A DNA stretch of 44,203 nt, taken from the NCBI GenBank assembly GCA_964515805.1, contig CAZEUZ010000053.1, positions 1-44,203 of the forward strand, read 5' to 3'. Shown here piece by piece: positions 30,800-40,153 of this stretch. This stretch comes from an uncultured Cellvibrionaceae bacterium (GTDB lineage: Bacteria; Pseudomonadota; Gammaproteobacteria; Pseudomonadales; Cellvibrionaceae). Within the stretch, counting starts at the first letter, position 1. Every line of letters begins with the position of its first letter. Both the position numbers and the translations under genes were made by a program. The notes under the pieces were generated by a model, which was not told the DNA's origin, ran no database searches, and worked only from the letters and a program-made list of their open reading frames with translations.

Positions 30800-32128
30800 C
30801 TACAAAATAAAGCGGCTTAGGTCTTCGTTTTTGGTCAGTTCGCCGAGACGCTGGTCGACATAAGCGACGTCTATCGTAATGTTTTTTTCGTTTTCATCAC
30901 TGACAAAAGAAATCTCTTCGAACAACCGCTCCATCACCGTATGCAATCTACGCGCGCCAATATTTTCGGTGCGCTCGTTAACTTCCCAGGCTGTTTCAGC
31001 GATGCGTAGAATGGCGTCTTCGGTAAAGCTCAGCGATATATCCTCCGTCTCCATTAATGCTTTCTGTTGTAAGGTTAATGAGGCATTGGGTTCAGTCAGG
31101 ATACGCTGAAAATCTTTTGGTGTTAGTGCTTCCAATTCAACACGAATGGGTAATCGTCCCTGGAGTTCGGGGATAAGATCGGAAGGTTTCGTCAAATGAA
31201 AGGCACCGGAAGTAATAAATAAGATATGATCCGTTTTAATCGAGCCGTACTTAGTGCTCACGGTACATCCTTCGATCAAAGGCAGCAAGTCTCGTTGCAC
31301 CCCTTCCCGGGAGACATCAGTGCCACTATTTTGGTGGCGTTTTGACACTTTGTCTATTTCGTCAATAAACACAATGCCATTTTGTTCTGCTGCTTCGATA
31401 GCTTTACTCTTTAGCTCTTCTTCATTGATTAATTTCGACACTTCTTCATCGTAAAGTCTCTTATACGCTTGCTTGACTGGCATTTTTATATGCTTGCTGC
31501 CCTTGGATGAAATAGAGGAAAAAATATTTTGCAGTTGACTGGTCATATCTTCCATACCTGGCGGCGCCATAATCTCAACGCCTACAGGCGTGGCGGTCAC
31601 CTCGATCTCAATTTCTTTGTCGTCAAGTTCACCCTCGCGAAATTTCTTGCGAAAAAGTTGCCTGGTTGAGGATTCGGAATGGTCATTTTCGTCACTGACA
31701 TGGTCGCTACGAGCAGGTGGCAGTAGTGCGTCAAGAATACGTTCTTCGGCTGCGTCCTCGGCGCTCATATTGACTTTTTTGCGCGCCTGCTCGCGGTGCA
31801 TTTTGACTGACATATCAGCCAGATCGCGAATCATAGCTTCAACATCGCGGCCCACATACCCAACTCCGGTACACTTGGTCGCCTCGACTTTGATAAAGGG
31901 AGCATTGGCCAGCTTTGCTAGACGGCGTGCAATTTCAGTCTTGCCTACGCCCGTCGGACCTATCAACAAAATATTTTTAGGGGTCACTTCCTGTCGCAAT
32001 GGTTCGTCAATTTGCATCCGTCGCCAGCGGTTGCGCAGTGCGATAGCAACTGCCCGTTTAGCTTTTTGTTGGCCAATAATGTGCTTGTCCAGCTCGTGAA
32101 CGATTTCACGGGGTGTCATATCTGACAT
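30800..32128 (-). CDS. hslU: ATP-dependent protease ATPase subunit HslU
   Basis: 442 aa with MTPREIV.ELDK.IIGQ, Walker [10 protein letters not shown] and Walker [10 protein letters not shown]. Confidence 0.95.
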   Translation of the reverse strand: MSDMTPREIVHELDKHIIGQQKAKRAVAIALRNRWRRMQIDEPLRQEVTPKNILLIGPTGVGKTEIARRLAKLANAPFIKVEATKCTGVGYVGRDVEAMIRDLADMSVKMHREQARKKVNMSAEDAAEERILDALLPPARSDHVSDENDHSESSTRQLFRKKFREGELDDKEIEIEVTATPVGVEIMAPPGMEDMTSQLQNIFSSISSKGSKHIKMPVKQAYKRLYDEEVSKLINEEELKSKAIEAAEQNGIVFIDEIDKVSKRHQNSGTDVSREGVQRDLLPLIEGCTVSTKYGSIKTDHILFITSGAFHLTKPSDLIPELQGRLPIRVELEALTPKDFQRILTEPNASLTLQQKALMETEDISLSFTEDAILRIAETAWEVNERTENIGARRLHTVMERLFEEISFVSDENEKNITIDVAYVDQRLGELTKNEDLSRFIL

Positions 32129-32144
32129 TTACTATCCTCTATTT

Positions 32145-32687
32145 TTAACGGCAATTGAGAGTTTCTATGGTGATATTTTGATTAGTATATATGCAGATAT
32201 CACCTGCAATATGCAGCGATTTTTCAACGATTTCTTTAGCGCTAAGCTGAGTATTTTCTAATAATGCCTTGGCGCTTGCTTGAGCAAATGAGCCGCCAGA
32301 ACCAATAGCAATTAAGTCATCTTCTGGTTGGATAACATCGCCATTACCGCTAATAATCAGTGAAGCTTCTTCATTAGCAATGGCCAACAAGGCCTCTAGC
32401 CGACGTAGGGCGCGATCTGTGCGCCACTCTTTGGCCAACTCTACTGCAGCACGTACCAGCTGGCCGTTATGGGCTTGTAATTTTGCCTCAAACCGTTCAA
32501 ACAGGGTAAAGGCATCGGCTGTGCCGCCGGCAAAACCGGCAATGACTTTATTTTCATAAAGACGGCGAACTTTACAGGCATTGCCTTTCATAATGGTATT
32601 ACCGAATGAAACCTGCCCATCGCCCCCGATTACGACCTCGCCTTCGCGACGAACCGAAACAATTGTAGTACCGCGGTACTGTTCCAT
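32145..32687 (-). CDS. hslV: ATP-dependent protease subunit HslV
   Basis: The start is set at M21 ([13 protein letters not shown]-terminal Thr nucleophile) with an aaggaa SD. The longer track ORF (to 32747) would run through the predicted sigma-32 promoter. Confidence 0.9.
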   Translation of the reverse strand: MEQYRGTTIVSVRREGEVVIGGDGQVSFGNTIMKGNACKVRRLYENKVIAGFAGGTADAFTLFERFEAKLQAHNGQLVRAAVELAKEWRTDRALRRLEALLAIANEEASLIISGNGDVIQPEDDLIAIGSGGSFAQASAKALLENTQLSAKEIVEKSLHIAGDICIYTNQNITIETLNCR

Positions 32688-32720
32688 GCGTGTATTCCTT
32701 TGTTTTGACAGAAAGACGAT

Positions 32721-32748
32721 AAGTTGGGGCAGAGGAGTAAATATCAAT
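32721..32748 (-). promoter_or_regulatory. sigma-32 (heat-shock) type promoter of hslVU
   Basis: The minus strand reads ccATTGAT-13 nt-CCCCAACTT, against the consensus CTTGAA-N13-15-CCCCATnT. It lies about 35 nt upstream of the hslV ATG. Confidence 0.5.
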
Positions 32749-32878
32749 GGAGTTTAACTTAACATCATATCAGCCAGCTTATAAATAGTAATGAAAATAC
32801 GGTTTTTTAGGTAGGCCTAAATATAAGTCCTTGGCTGAAGTGACGATGGGTTGGTAAAAGGATACTCCTTGTCCAAAT

Positions 32879-33775
32879 CTAACTCTGCTTAAAAATCACT
32901 TTCTTCACAGCCATCAGTAGTTCGTCATATAGTATCAAGGCTACCACAATACAGGCAGTACCAAGTGCAATGTAATCGCTCAAGGGTTCGTTTAGCAACA
33001 ACGCCCCCCAATACAAAGCTAGTACCGGAGTAACCAGAGGTATTAATGACACCACTGATACACTTAAATGGCTTAATACAAAAAAATAGGCAGCAAACCC
33101 GATCAATGAACCGATGACGCTGAGATAGATAATAGCGTAAATGCCGGCGTCTGATAGAGTGGTGTGACTCTTGTCATCAAATAAGAACCAAGACAACAGT
33201 AAACCCGGCAATGAAAATGCCAATGCACCGAATGTTTGTTCAAACGCATTGATTTCGTGCGTAGTTTGCAAGTGTTTCAGCAATACCTGACTTAATGAGA
33301 ACACCAATCCGGAGCCCAACATTAATACAATCCCGTAAATCGCGTTATTGCCAAATTGCAGTTGATCCATAAAAATTAGCACAACGCCGATAATGGCAAA
33401 AATCAAAGCCAGTAATTTCCCTGGGGTAAAATAATTCTCCTTCAGTAATATAGCCGCCAATAAACCGCTAGTAATCGGCGTTAATGCAAACAGGACGGCC
33501 ATCAGGCCGGAGGCAATAAAATTCGACGCCAAATAAACCAAGGTCATATTGGGAAAGATGCCCATGCCTGCTGCTACGTAGACCTTCCAGTTTTTGCTTT
33601 TCAGCGTCGACGAGTTTTTCCATACTGCGATAATGGCAGCTGCTAAAAAAAAGGCAATGGTCATACGATAAAGGATGGCGGCAAACGGGCTCACACTGGT
33701 GCTGCTGACTTTAATTGCCAGTGGTGTTGTCGACCAAATTAAAATAACGGCTACATAGTTCAATAACACAGACAT
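32879..33775 (-). CDS. EamA/DMT-family transporter
   Basis: About 10 TM helices in two EamA-like halves. The start is chosen at ATG 33775 because a strong aaaggagg SD (complement of 33782-33789) precedes it. The track ORF starts at 33811. Confidence 0.8.
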   Translation of the reverse strand: MSVLLNYVAVILIWSTTPLAIKVSSTSVSPFAAILYRMTIAFFLAAAIIAVWKNSSTLKSKNWKVYVAAGMGIFPNMTLVYLASNFIASGLMAVLFALTPITSGLLAAILLKENYFTPGKLLALIFAIIGVVLIFMDQLQFGNNAIYGIVLMLGSGLVFSLSQVLLKHLQTTHEINAFEQTFGALAFSLPGLLLSWFLFDDKSHTTLSDAGIYAIIYLSVIGSLIGFAAYFFVLSHLSVSVVSLIPLVTPVLALYWGALLLNEPLSDYIALGTACIVVALILYDELLMAVKKVIFKQS

Positions 33776-33830
33776 GATTTTTCCTCCTTTATCTTTTCCA
33801 ATGTTGAACATGGACTGCAGCCTAAAACGA

Positions 33831-33860
33831 AAAAAGCCGCAGTGTGTGCTGCGGCTTTTT
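33831..33860. terminator. bidirectional rho-independent terminator
   Basis: aaaaagccgcag-tgtgtg-ctgcggcttttt forms a perfect 7-bp GC-rich stem (extendable by A-T pairs), with T-tracts on both strands (T6 on minus, T5 on plus). Confidence 0.7.
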
Positions 33861-33893
33861 CTCTTTAAACGTTGTTCTTTATGAATTTTGAAC

Positions 33894-34007
33894 TTATTTA
33901 ATGGTCAAGTAACCCCAGCAATAGTTTGTAAGCACACGGGCTCGCTTCAGCCAGCGTGCAACACGCGCTGAAGACATAATATGTACTTGGGCTGATAAGT
34001 GGTTCAT
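33894..34007 (-). CDS. candidate 37-aa basic small protein (or an sRNA locus)
   Basis: Hand translation gives MNHLSAQVHIMSSARVARWLKRARVLTNYCWGYLTIK. Its stop lies about 35 nt before the terminator above. The SD is weak (gagta), and there is an internal strong hairpin at 33945-33973. No family was recognised. Confidence 0.2.
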   Translation of the reverse strand: MNHLSAQVHIMSSARVARWLKRARVLTNYCWGYLTIK

Positions 34008-34259
34008 CGGGTACTCGTTTATTAAAACAACTTGTTCTAAGCTTAATAGCTTATAAGTGGAATTCTAGCTGGAAATTGTTAAAGTGCAACTATAACTTTC
34101 AAAAAATATACATAGCCACTTGCTTTCATATAATAAATTGGTAGAGGAAAGTACTTTTCGATACACTCTTTGCCAACAAAAACTGGAGGGATTAATACTC
34201 TGTTTCGGCAGCAGTTCATTAAATTGAAAATTTGTATACAGTTTTCGACATAATGATTA

Positions 34260-34997
34260 ATGGAATTTTTCATGGACATTTCTCTTGAAGGAAAAACGGC
34301 TCTAGTCACAGGTAGTGCGGCAGGTGTCGGCCGCGAAACATTACTCACATTGGCCCGTGCCGGAGCCAACGTTTGTGTTCATTATCGAAACAGTAAAGAT
34401 GCTGCAATGCAGACGCTGCGTGACGCCCGCCTGCTCGGCGTGAAAGCAGAAGCTTATTCGGTCGATGTCACTGAGCCTGGGGCAGTCAAAAAAATGATCG
34501 GTGAGATCGAGGCTCATTTTGGTGGACTTGATATCCTCGTCAATAACATCGGTGATTACAAGATTGGTAATATCGCCCAGTACACCATCGAAGATTGGCA
34601 CTGGATGCTCAATAGTAACCTCAATGCCACTTGGTATACCTGTCATTATTCTCTGCCGGGAATGCGAGACAGGAAACGAGGTGCAATCGTTAATACCGGC
34701 ACCGCAGGTATTGCTTTTGCCGGTGCCAAGGTCAACGCTACGCCTTATCATATCGCCAAACAAGGGGTGGTGATGCTCACTCGCTCGCTAGCGGCTAATG
34801 AGATTCAGCATGGTGTTAGGATCAACATGATCTGCCCGGGTCAGCTTGAAGGCACCATTGAACCAAACCCGACGCTTCCCAGTGGCCGTTTCGGTAAGCA
34901 TGAGGAGGTTGCCAATACAATTCTATTCCTCGTTTCCGATCATGCCAGCTATATCACCGGCAGCACGGTAGAGGTTGGCGGAGGCTATGGATTGTAA
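34260..34997 (+). CDS. short-chain dehydrogenase/reductase (FabG-like)
   Basis: 245 aa with TGSAAGVGRE (TGxxxGxG), NNIG and YHIAK (YxxxK). An alternative ATG is at 34272. Confidence 0.85.
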   Translation: MEFFMDISLEGKTALVTGSAAGVGRETLLTLARAGANVCVHYRNSKDAAMQTLRDARLLGVKAEAYSVDVTEPGAVKKMIGEIEAHFGGLDILVNNIGDYKIGNIAQYTIEDWHWMLNSNLNATWYTCHYSLPGMRDRKRGAIVNTGTAGIAFAGAKVNATPYHIAKQGVVMLTRSLAANEIQHGVRINMICPGQLEGTIEPNPTLPSGRFGKHEEVANTILFLVSDHASYITGSTVEVGGGYGL

Positions 34998-35844
34998 TCT
35001 AACCGCACGCATTCGCCAGATTAATGCCGCCGGAAAAATTGCTTTTATCCCGGAGGTTGTCTATGGATGGCCTTCTCCGGAGGAATCTCTATCCGTATTG
35101 TCGCTTTTATCCCATTACGATAACGTCATTTTAAAAACGTCACTTCCCGCTTCTGAACAATGGTGTAATAATTCCAGTGCCGAAATGATATCCATCAATC
35201 GTCACGCTTGGCAGCTAGGGCTACGGAATAATGATGTAGCCCGCATTTTTCGACAACAACAATTGCCGAGTACATTGGTGGTCTATCCAGGTATTGCGCT
35301 ACAGTATTCGTTTACCGAACTTATCGATATACTTGCGGGTGCTTTTGATTGTTTGACTCTGGCGGAAGGTTATACCGCCAAAGACAGTGCCTGGACTGCC
35401 TTCGGGCATACTTTCCGAGAATACCAACAAATAGCTGAAGCCGGTGGCATTGCGTTGGCGAATGTGGTTACCGAAAAACATACCGACGATGAACTTGTCG
35501 AGCGAGTAGAGACTTCGTCTGGCTTTATTTACACTGCTGTTTCGACAGCCGTCGCAGGTTTAACCCATAGTGATTTTCAAATTGAGGAATTGTTGGCGCG
35601 TATACGTCGCTATACTGATTTGCCCATCCAAATTGGTTTTGGTGTTCGTGGACCCGATATGATCCGGCGTTTCACTAAATTTCAAGAGGTGAATGCAATT
35701 ACAATGGGTACCCAACTTGTGCGAGAACAGCAGAAGGGATGCCATCATTTTATATCTTTTATCGAAGCATGCGTCGCCGCTTGTCAACGTCCGATGGAAA
35801 CTGAATGTACTTTCACTGCCGCAAGAGTTATGCCCTCTCTATAA
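34987..35844 (+). CDS. tryptophan synthase alpha-chain-like TIM-barrel protein (divergent)
   Basis: It can be hand-aligned end to end with E. coli TrpA (KIAFIPEVVYGWP... / GFIYTAVSTAVAGLT / LPIQIGFGVRGPDMI / ITMGTQLV). The ATG at 34987 overlaps the SDR stop by 11 nt. The track ORF begins at a TTG at 34975. Confidence 0.55.
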   Translation: MDCNLTARIRQINAAGKIAFIPEVVYGWPSPEESLSVLSLLSHYDNVILKTSLPASEQWCNNSSAEMISINRHAWQLGLRNNDVARIFRQQQLPSTLVVYPGIALQYSFTELIDILAGAFDCLTLAEGYTAKDSAWTAFGHTFREYQQIAEAGGIALANVVTEKHTDDELVERVETSSGFIYTAVSTAVAGLTHSDFQIEELLARIRRYTDLPIQIGFGVRGPDMIRRFTKFQEVNAITMGTQLVREQQKGCHHFISFIEACVAACQRPMETECTFTAARVMPSL

Positions 35845-35866
35845 TTTTCCACATAGTCCTGTTTAC

Positions 35867-36463
35867 ATGATTAATCTCGAATTTATTGCTGAAACTAACC
35901 TCCCCACAAAACATGGCGTTTACCGAGTACGTGCCTACCGTGATCATGTTTCCAATACCGAGCCAATGGCAATTGTCTTTGGGCAAGTGAAAGGACTGGC
36001 TGCAGTTCCGGTTCGCGTTCACGACGAGTGCTTAACTTCTGAAGTGTTGGGTTCTTTAAAATGTGACTGCCGAGAGCAATTGGACTATGCATTGCAATAC
36101 ATCAAAGAAACTGGACCCGGAGTGGTTATCTATTTGAGGCAAGAGGGCCGAGGTATAGGGCTAGCCAACAAAATTGCTGCTTATGCTCTACAAGAAGAAG
36201 GTCACGATACCGTCGACGCCAATCGTCTGCTTGGCTTGCCCGATGATGCACGACGTTATGACGCCGCCGCCGCCATATTAAAGGATTTGGAAATACGAAG
36301 TGTCAGTTTGATGACTAATAATCCACGCAAAATTGATCGTCTGAAGGCACTCGGTGTTCAAATTCATCGGCGTATTCCAGTGCTTGTGAATCCTAATCCT
36401 CATAGTGAGAAATACTTGAAGTCCAAGCAATCTAGGATGGGTCATTTAGTAACCGATCAGTAG
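35867..36463 (+). CDS. ribA: GTP cyclohydrolase II
   Basis: It aligns with E. coli RibA from MINLEFIAETNLPT. It has the zinc Cys motif HDECLTSEVLGSLKCDC, RQEGRGIGL.NKI.AY and LMTNNPRK. The track ORF (35693) carries a 58-codon upstream extension that overlaps the preceding gene. Confidence 0.9.
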   Translation: MINLEFIAETNLPTKHGVYRVRAYRDHVSNTEPMAIVFGQVKGLAAVPVRVHDECLTSEVLGSLKCDCREQLDYALQYIKETGPGVVIYLRQEGRGIGLANKIAAYALQEEGHDTVDANRLLGLPDDARRYDAAAAILKDLEIRSVSLMTNNPRKIDRLKALGVQIHRRIPVLVNPNPHSEKYLKSKQSRMGHLVTDQ

Positions 36464-36472
36464 CTAAAATAT

Positions 36473-39001
36473 TCAAGTTAAGGGTTTGAGCAGCAAAATT
36501 AACTTTGGCAACAGTGTTAGCGAGCCTAAAATAGCCGCCAACATAGCCAAGCCGGTCAATAGTCCAAAATAAACCGATGGAATAAAGTTTGACAACGCCA
36601 AGATAGAAAAGCCGGCGATGATAGTGATCGATGTATAGTACATCGCTCGACCAATAGACCCATGGGAGCGGTGCATTGCGGCGATATAATCATTGTCGAT
36701 AGCAAATTCTCTGCGGAAACGGTAAATATAATGAATGGCGTTATCGACGCCGATGCCGACGGCGATAGAGGCGATAGTAATCGTCATCATATCCAGTGGA
36801 ATGCCGGTCAAACCCATGCCGCCAAGGACAATTGCCGCCGCCAACATGTTGGGAATAATGGCGATTAACGACAGTAATAGCGACCTGAATAGAATTAAAA
36901 ACATTATCATAATCCCAACAAACACTGCACCAATGGTCAAAATCTGTGACTGAAATAAACTTTGCAGCATATTGTTATAGAGTACCAACATGCCGGTGAT
37001 GTTAACCTGCTCAGGCGCTAGCCCTACTTCATCAATAGCATAATTACGCACCTTATCGATCAATTGCGCTCGGCGTAAATTGGGATCCGTCTCTTTTACG
37101 CGCATGGTGATTCTGGTTTGTTCTACATCTTCATTCTTTGACAGATAAGGAGTAATTAAAAACGACTTTATTGTCTCCGGCAGGCTGGCGCGCATCACTG
37201 CTAACTCAAAATTGTTTAATGACTTGCCATTGAGTTCACTGGCGACTTTATAAGCGGTGGCCAGTGATTGCACTTTACCGACTTCCGGCAGTTGTTCCAA
37301 ATAATCGTGGATTTGTTGAACTCTGTTTAGACCTGCTTGGGTAAACCAGTAATTTTCTTCCACTGCTTCAGCATTTTGGTGTTCCGAAAACGGAGTTGCC
37401 GATGCGAATGGATCGATTTCATCAAAAGCGCGGGATTCACCGAAAGGATCTTGATTGGTCTGCGGATCCTCGGTTTCTTTGCGATGATGATCTAAAACAA
37501 TATCCAAGGTGACGGTACCACCTAATTGCTGGTCAATGACCCGCATGCCCTGATAGATTTCGGTCGATTCACGAAAGTAATCGATAAACCGGTTTTCTAC
37601 ATCTAACTGCCGAATACCGAGATAACTGATGATGGCTGCTACAGCGCTGGCGGCTAAAATGGTCTTGCCATAGTTTGTGGTTAAACGGGAAAAGTGCAGT
37701 GTAAAAGCGCCGGAATCATCTTTTTTAACATTAAGTTTGTGATGCGACACGTTTGGCAACAGCAGTAACCCCGACGGAATAACTAAAAATGCCAGAATAA
37801 ATACCACGCACAGACCCAAGCTCATCATCAGACCAAAATCCACTACTGGACGAATTCCGCTAATCACTAGCGAGGCAAACGCTACCATAGTAGTCATCAC
37901 TGTATATAAACAGGGTTTTGACATGGTTGAGACGGTCGCTCGAATGGCTTGTTTGTTCGTCCAAGCAGGTTCCGTCGCCAGATATTCACGGTAGCGTACA
38001 ATCAAATGAATGGTGACCGCTAGACAAACGATTAACAACAAGGCGACAAAATTTGACGAGATAACAGTCATTCGCCAGTCGATAGTGCTGAGAAAACCAA
38101 GCATTATCAATACCGACGACAAACAAGTAGCCAGAGGCAATACAACAAATTGCCAATGTCGAAAAATAACGGACAAGATGATGACAATAAAAATAATTAT
38201 CCCGCTGCCGAAAACAACCAGGTCGCTACTGATAAAGTTGATCATATCTGCGGTAATCATCGATACGCCACCGAGAAAAATATCTGCCTTATCGCGGTAA
38301 CGATCAATCACTTTACGTACTTCAGCAACACGCCGATGGCTGCGCTCTGCAGCTTTGGTACTGTATTCGAGAAATTTATGACTTACTTCGTCTAACCGTA
38401 AATTTTCACTTGCTGACAGGCCCTTTTGATCGTGTTTTAAGCGCAAAGCGTCACGCTCTCTGACCAATTCTATAAAGCGGTTATCGACAGCCAGGTTTAG
38501 TAAGATGGCGGTAGTTTTTCCATCTGGTCCCAATAACATATCGCGATAGATAGGACTCTCGAGAAATTCTTTTTTCGCCAATTCGCGATCTACGCCTTCG
38601 GAGAATAAAGTGTTGGGCCCTTTAGCGACATCTGTTAGCGATACCGGAGGGCTGTAGAGCAATGGCACATCGAGAATGGAATTAGCGCCGCTGACACCCT
38701 CGACTTCAAGTAGCTCATCCCGCAAGGAGTGAATATGATGTAAAGTTTTATCAGTGAATAAATCTGTTTTACTCGTATAGGTGATGACCAGAAAATCGCC
38801 TGATTGATAGCGTTGATAAATTTTGCGGAAATAATCGAGATCATGGTCGTATTCCAGTGTGAGCGCGTCCGCCGAGGCATCCAAGCGCAACTGGTTTAAA
38901 TTCAGGCAAAACAAAATAACTGTCAACAACAATAATAGTAATGTCTGACTGGGCTTTTCAAGTACGCAATAAAAGTAGGTTTGTCTGAGTTTTTTTATCA
39001 T
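36473..39001 (-). CDS. RND-superfamily exporter of the MMPL/SSD type (COG1033-like)
   Basis: 842 aa with two repeats, each a large soluble loop followed by a cluster of about 5-6 TM helices. The start is 2 nt after the anmK stop. Confidence 0.75.
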   Translation of the reverse strand: MIKKLRQTYFYCVLEKPSQTLLLLLLTVILFCLNLNQLRLDASADALTLEYDHDLDYFRKIYQRYQSGDFLVITYTSKTDLFTDKTLHHIHSLRDELLEVEGVSGANSILDVPLLYSPPVSLTDVAKGPNTLFSEGVDRELAKKEFLESPIYRDMLLGPDGKTTAILLNLAVDNRFIELVRERDALRLKHDQKGLSASENLRLDEVSHKFLEYSTKAAERSHRRVAEVRKVIDRYRDKADIFLGGVSMITADMINFISSDLVVFGSGIIIFIVIILSVIFRHWQFVVLPLATCLSSVLIMLGFLSTIDWRMTVISSNFVALLLIVCLAVTIHLIVRYREYLATEPAWTNKQAIRATVSTMSKPCLYTVMTTMVAFASLVISGIRPVVDFGLMMSLGLCVVFILAFLVIPSGLLLLPNVSHHKLNVKKDDSGAFTLHFSRLTTNYGKTILAASAVAAIISYLGIRQLDVENRFIDYFRESTEIYQGMRVIDQQLGGTVTLDIVLDHHRKETEDPQTNQDPFGESRAFDEIDPFASATPFSEHQNAEAVEENYWFTQAGLNRVQQIHDYLEQLPEVGKVQSLATAYKVASELNGKSLNNFELAVMRASLPETIKSFLITPYLSKNEDVEQTRITMRVKETDPNLRRAQLIDKVRNYAIDEVGLAPEQVNITGMLVLYNNMLQSLFQSQILTIGAVFVGIMIMFLILFRSLLLSLIAIIPNMLAAAIVLGGMGLTGIPLDMMTITIASIAVGIGVDNAIHYIYRFRREFAIDNDYIAAMHRSHGSIGRAMYYTSITIIAGFSILALSNFIPSVYFGLLTGLAMLAAILGSLTLLPKLILLLKPLT

Positions 39002-39003
39002 TT

Positions 39004-40137
39004 CTACTCGGTAATGTTGTTACCAACTCCCCAATAAATACCGCCTAAAACGGTCTCTCGGTGAGCACCGGTGACGCTTGGAATATTTCCTGCCAATCCC
39101 CTTAGTGACTGCTTGGCTAACCAGGCGAAAGCGATAGCTTCCACCCAGTCGGGGTGTATGCCTAATGCTAGCGTTGTTGCAACGTGTCGCGGTTGTAATT
39201 TCAGCGTCAAATTTTTCATTAGCTGCCGATTGTGGCTGCCGCCTCCGCATATATAAATCTCAGAGTGCTTTTGCGGGTCAACCTTGTCGATATGATTGGC
39301 GATGGTTTCGGTGGTGAACGCTAGTAATGTGGCTTGAATATCTGCCGCACTGGTTTTTTGTGAACATAGAGCCAGTTGTTCTTGCAGCCAAGGTAAATTG
39401 AATTCCTCTCTGCCAGTACTTTTCGGTATTGGCAGTGTCAGAAACGAATGCTTTAATAATTGACTCAACAATTTTTTGTCCACATTTCCCGAAGCAGCCC
39501 AGTGGCCGTCACTATCGAAACTGCCCTGATGGTGTTGCTGGAACCAACTGTCCATCAAACCGTTACCTGGACCGGTATCGAAGCCGATAACATCCGCTTG
39601 TCTGGGGAGGTAGGTAATATTTGCAATACCACCGATATTCACTATTACCCGATCATTTGAACGATTGTGAAAAGCCGTCCGATGGAAGCTGGCCGCTAGT
39701 GGTGCTCCTTGACCACCGGCAGCAATATCTCTGCGCCTAAAATCAGCAACAGTGGTAATGCCCGTTGTCTCAGCAATAATGTTAGGATCACCGACTTGCA
39801 ATGAATAGCCTCGTTGTCCATCTGATGCAGGGTAATGTCTTACTGTCTGTCCATGACTGCCGATGGCGCGGATAGCAGTTTTTTTTGTTTCAGTTTTAGC
39901 GCATAAGTTTTCTATGGCCTTGCAAGAGAGATCGGCGATGGTTTTATCCAGGTAGCGTATTTGTTCGATTTCCCCGCTATGGTCTAACGCTAGTTGGTAT
40001 ATCGCTGATCGTACATTTGTTGTGATGGGAAGTTGGTAACTGCTGATCAATTCAACGGATTTTTCACTGATCTCGACAAGTGCCGCATCAATGGCATCGG
40101 CGCTTGTCCCCGACATTAAGCCAATATATAAAGCCAT
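39004..40137 (-). CDS. anmK: anhydro-N-acetylmuramic acid kinase
   Basis: 377 aa with IGLMSGTSADAIDAALV and GGG.HN..LM. Confidence 0.9.
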   Translation of the reverse strand: MALYIGLMSGTSADAIDAALVEISEKSVELISSYQLPITTNVRSAIYQLALDHSGEIEQIRYLDKTIADLSCKAIENLCAKTETKKTAIRAIGSHGQTVRHYPASDGQRGYSLQVGDPNIIAETTGITTVADFRRRDIAAGGQGAPLAASFHRTAFHNRSNDRVIVNIGGIANITYLPRQADVIGFDTGPGNGLMDSWFQQHHQGSFDSDGHWAASGNVDKKLLSQLLKHSFLTLPIPKSTGREEFNLPWLQEQLALCSQKTSAADIQATLLAFTTETIANHIDKVDPQKHSEIYICGGGSHNRQLMKNLTLKLQPRHVATTLALGIHPDWVEAIAFAWLAKQSLRGLAGNIPSVTGAHRETVLGGIYWGVGNNITE

Positions 40138-40153
40138 GCACTTATTTTTGCGG

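Noticed and set aside
33861-34259. I looked for an FMN (RFN) riboswitch upstream of the SDR-TrpA-like-ribA operon.
   Set aside because: I could not find the conserved RFN core strings (GGATGGG-, CCGACAG/CGGT-type helices) by eye. Only a covariance-model scan can exclude it fully.
34079-34369. A 96-aa minus-strand ORF spanning the SDR gene start and its promoter region.
   Set aside because: It overlaps the 5' end of the well-supported SDR gene, has no SD or family resemblance, and lies in an AT-rich region prone to chance ORFs.
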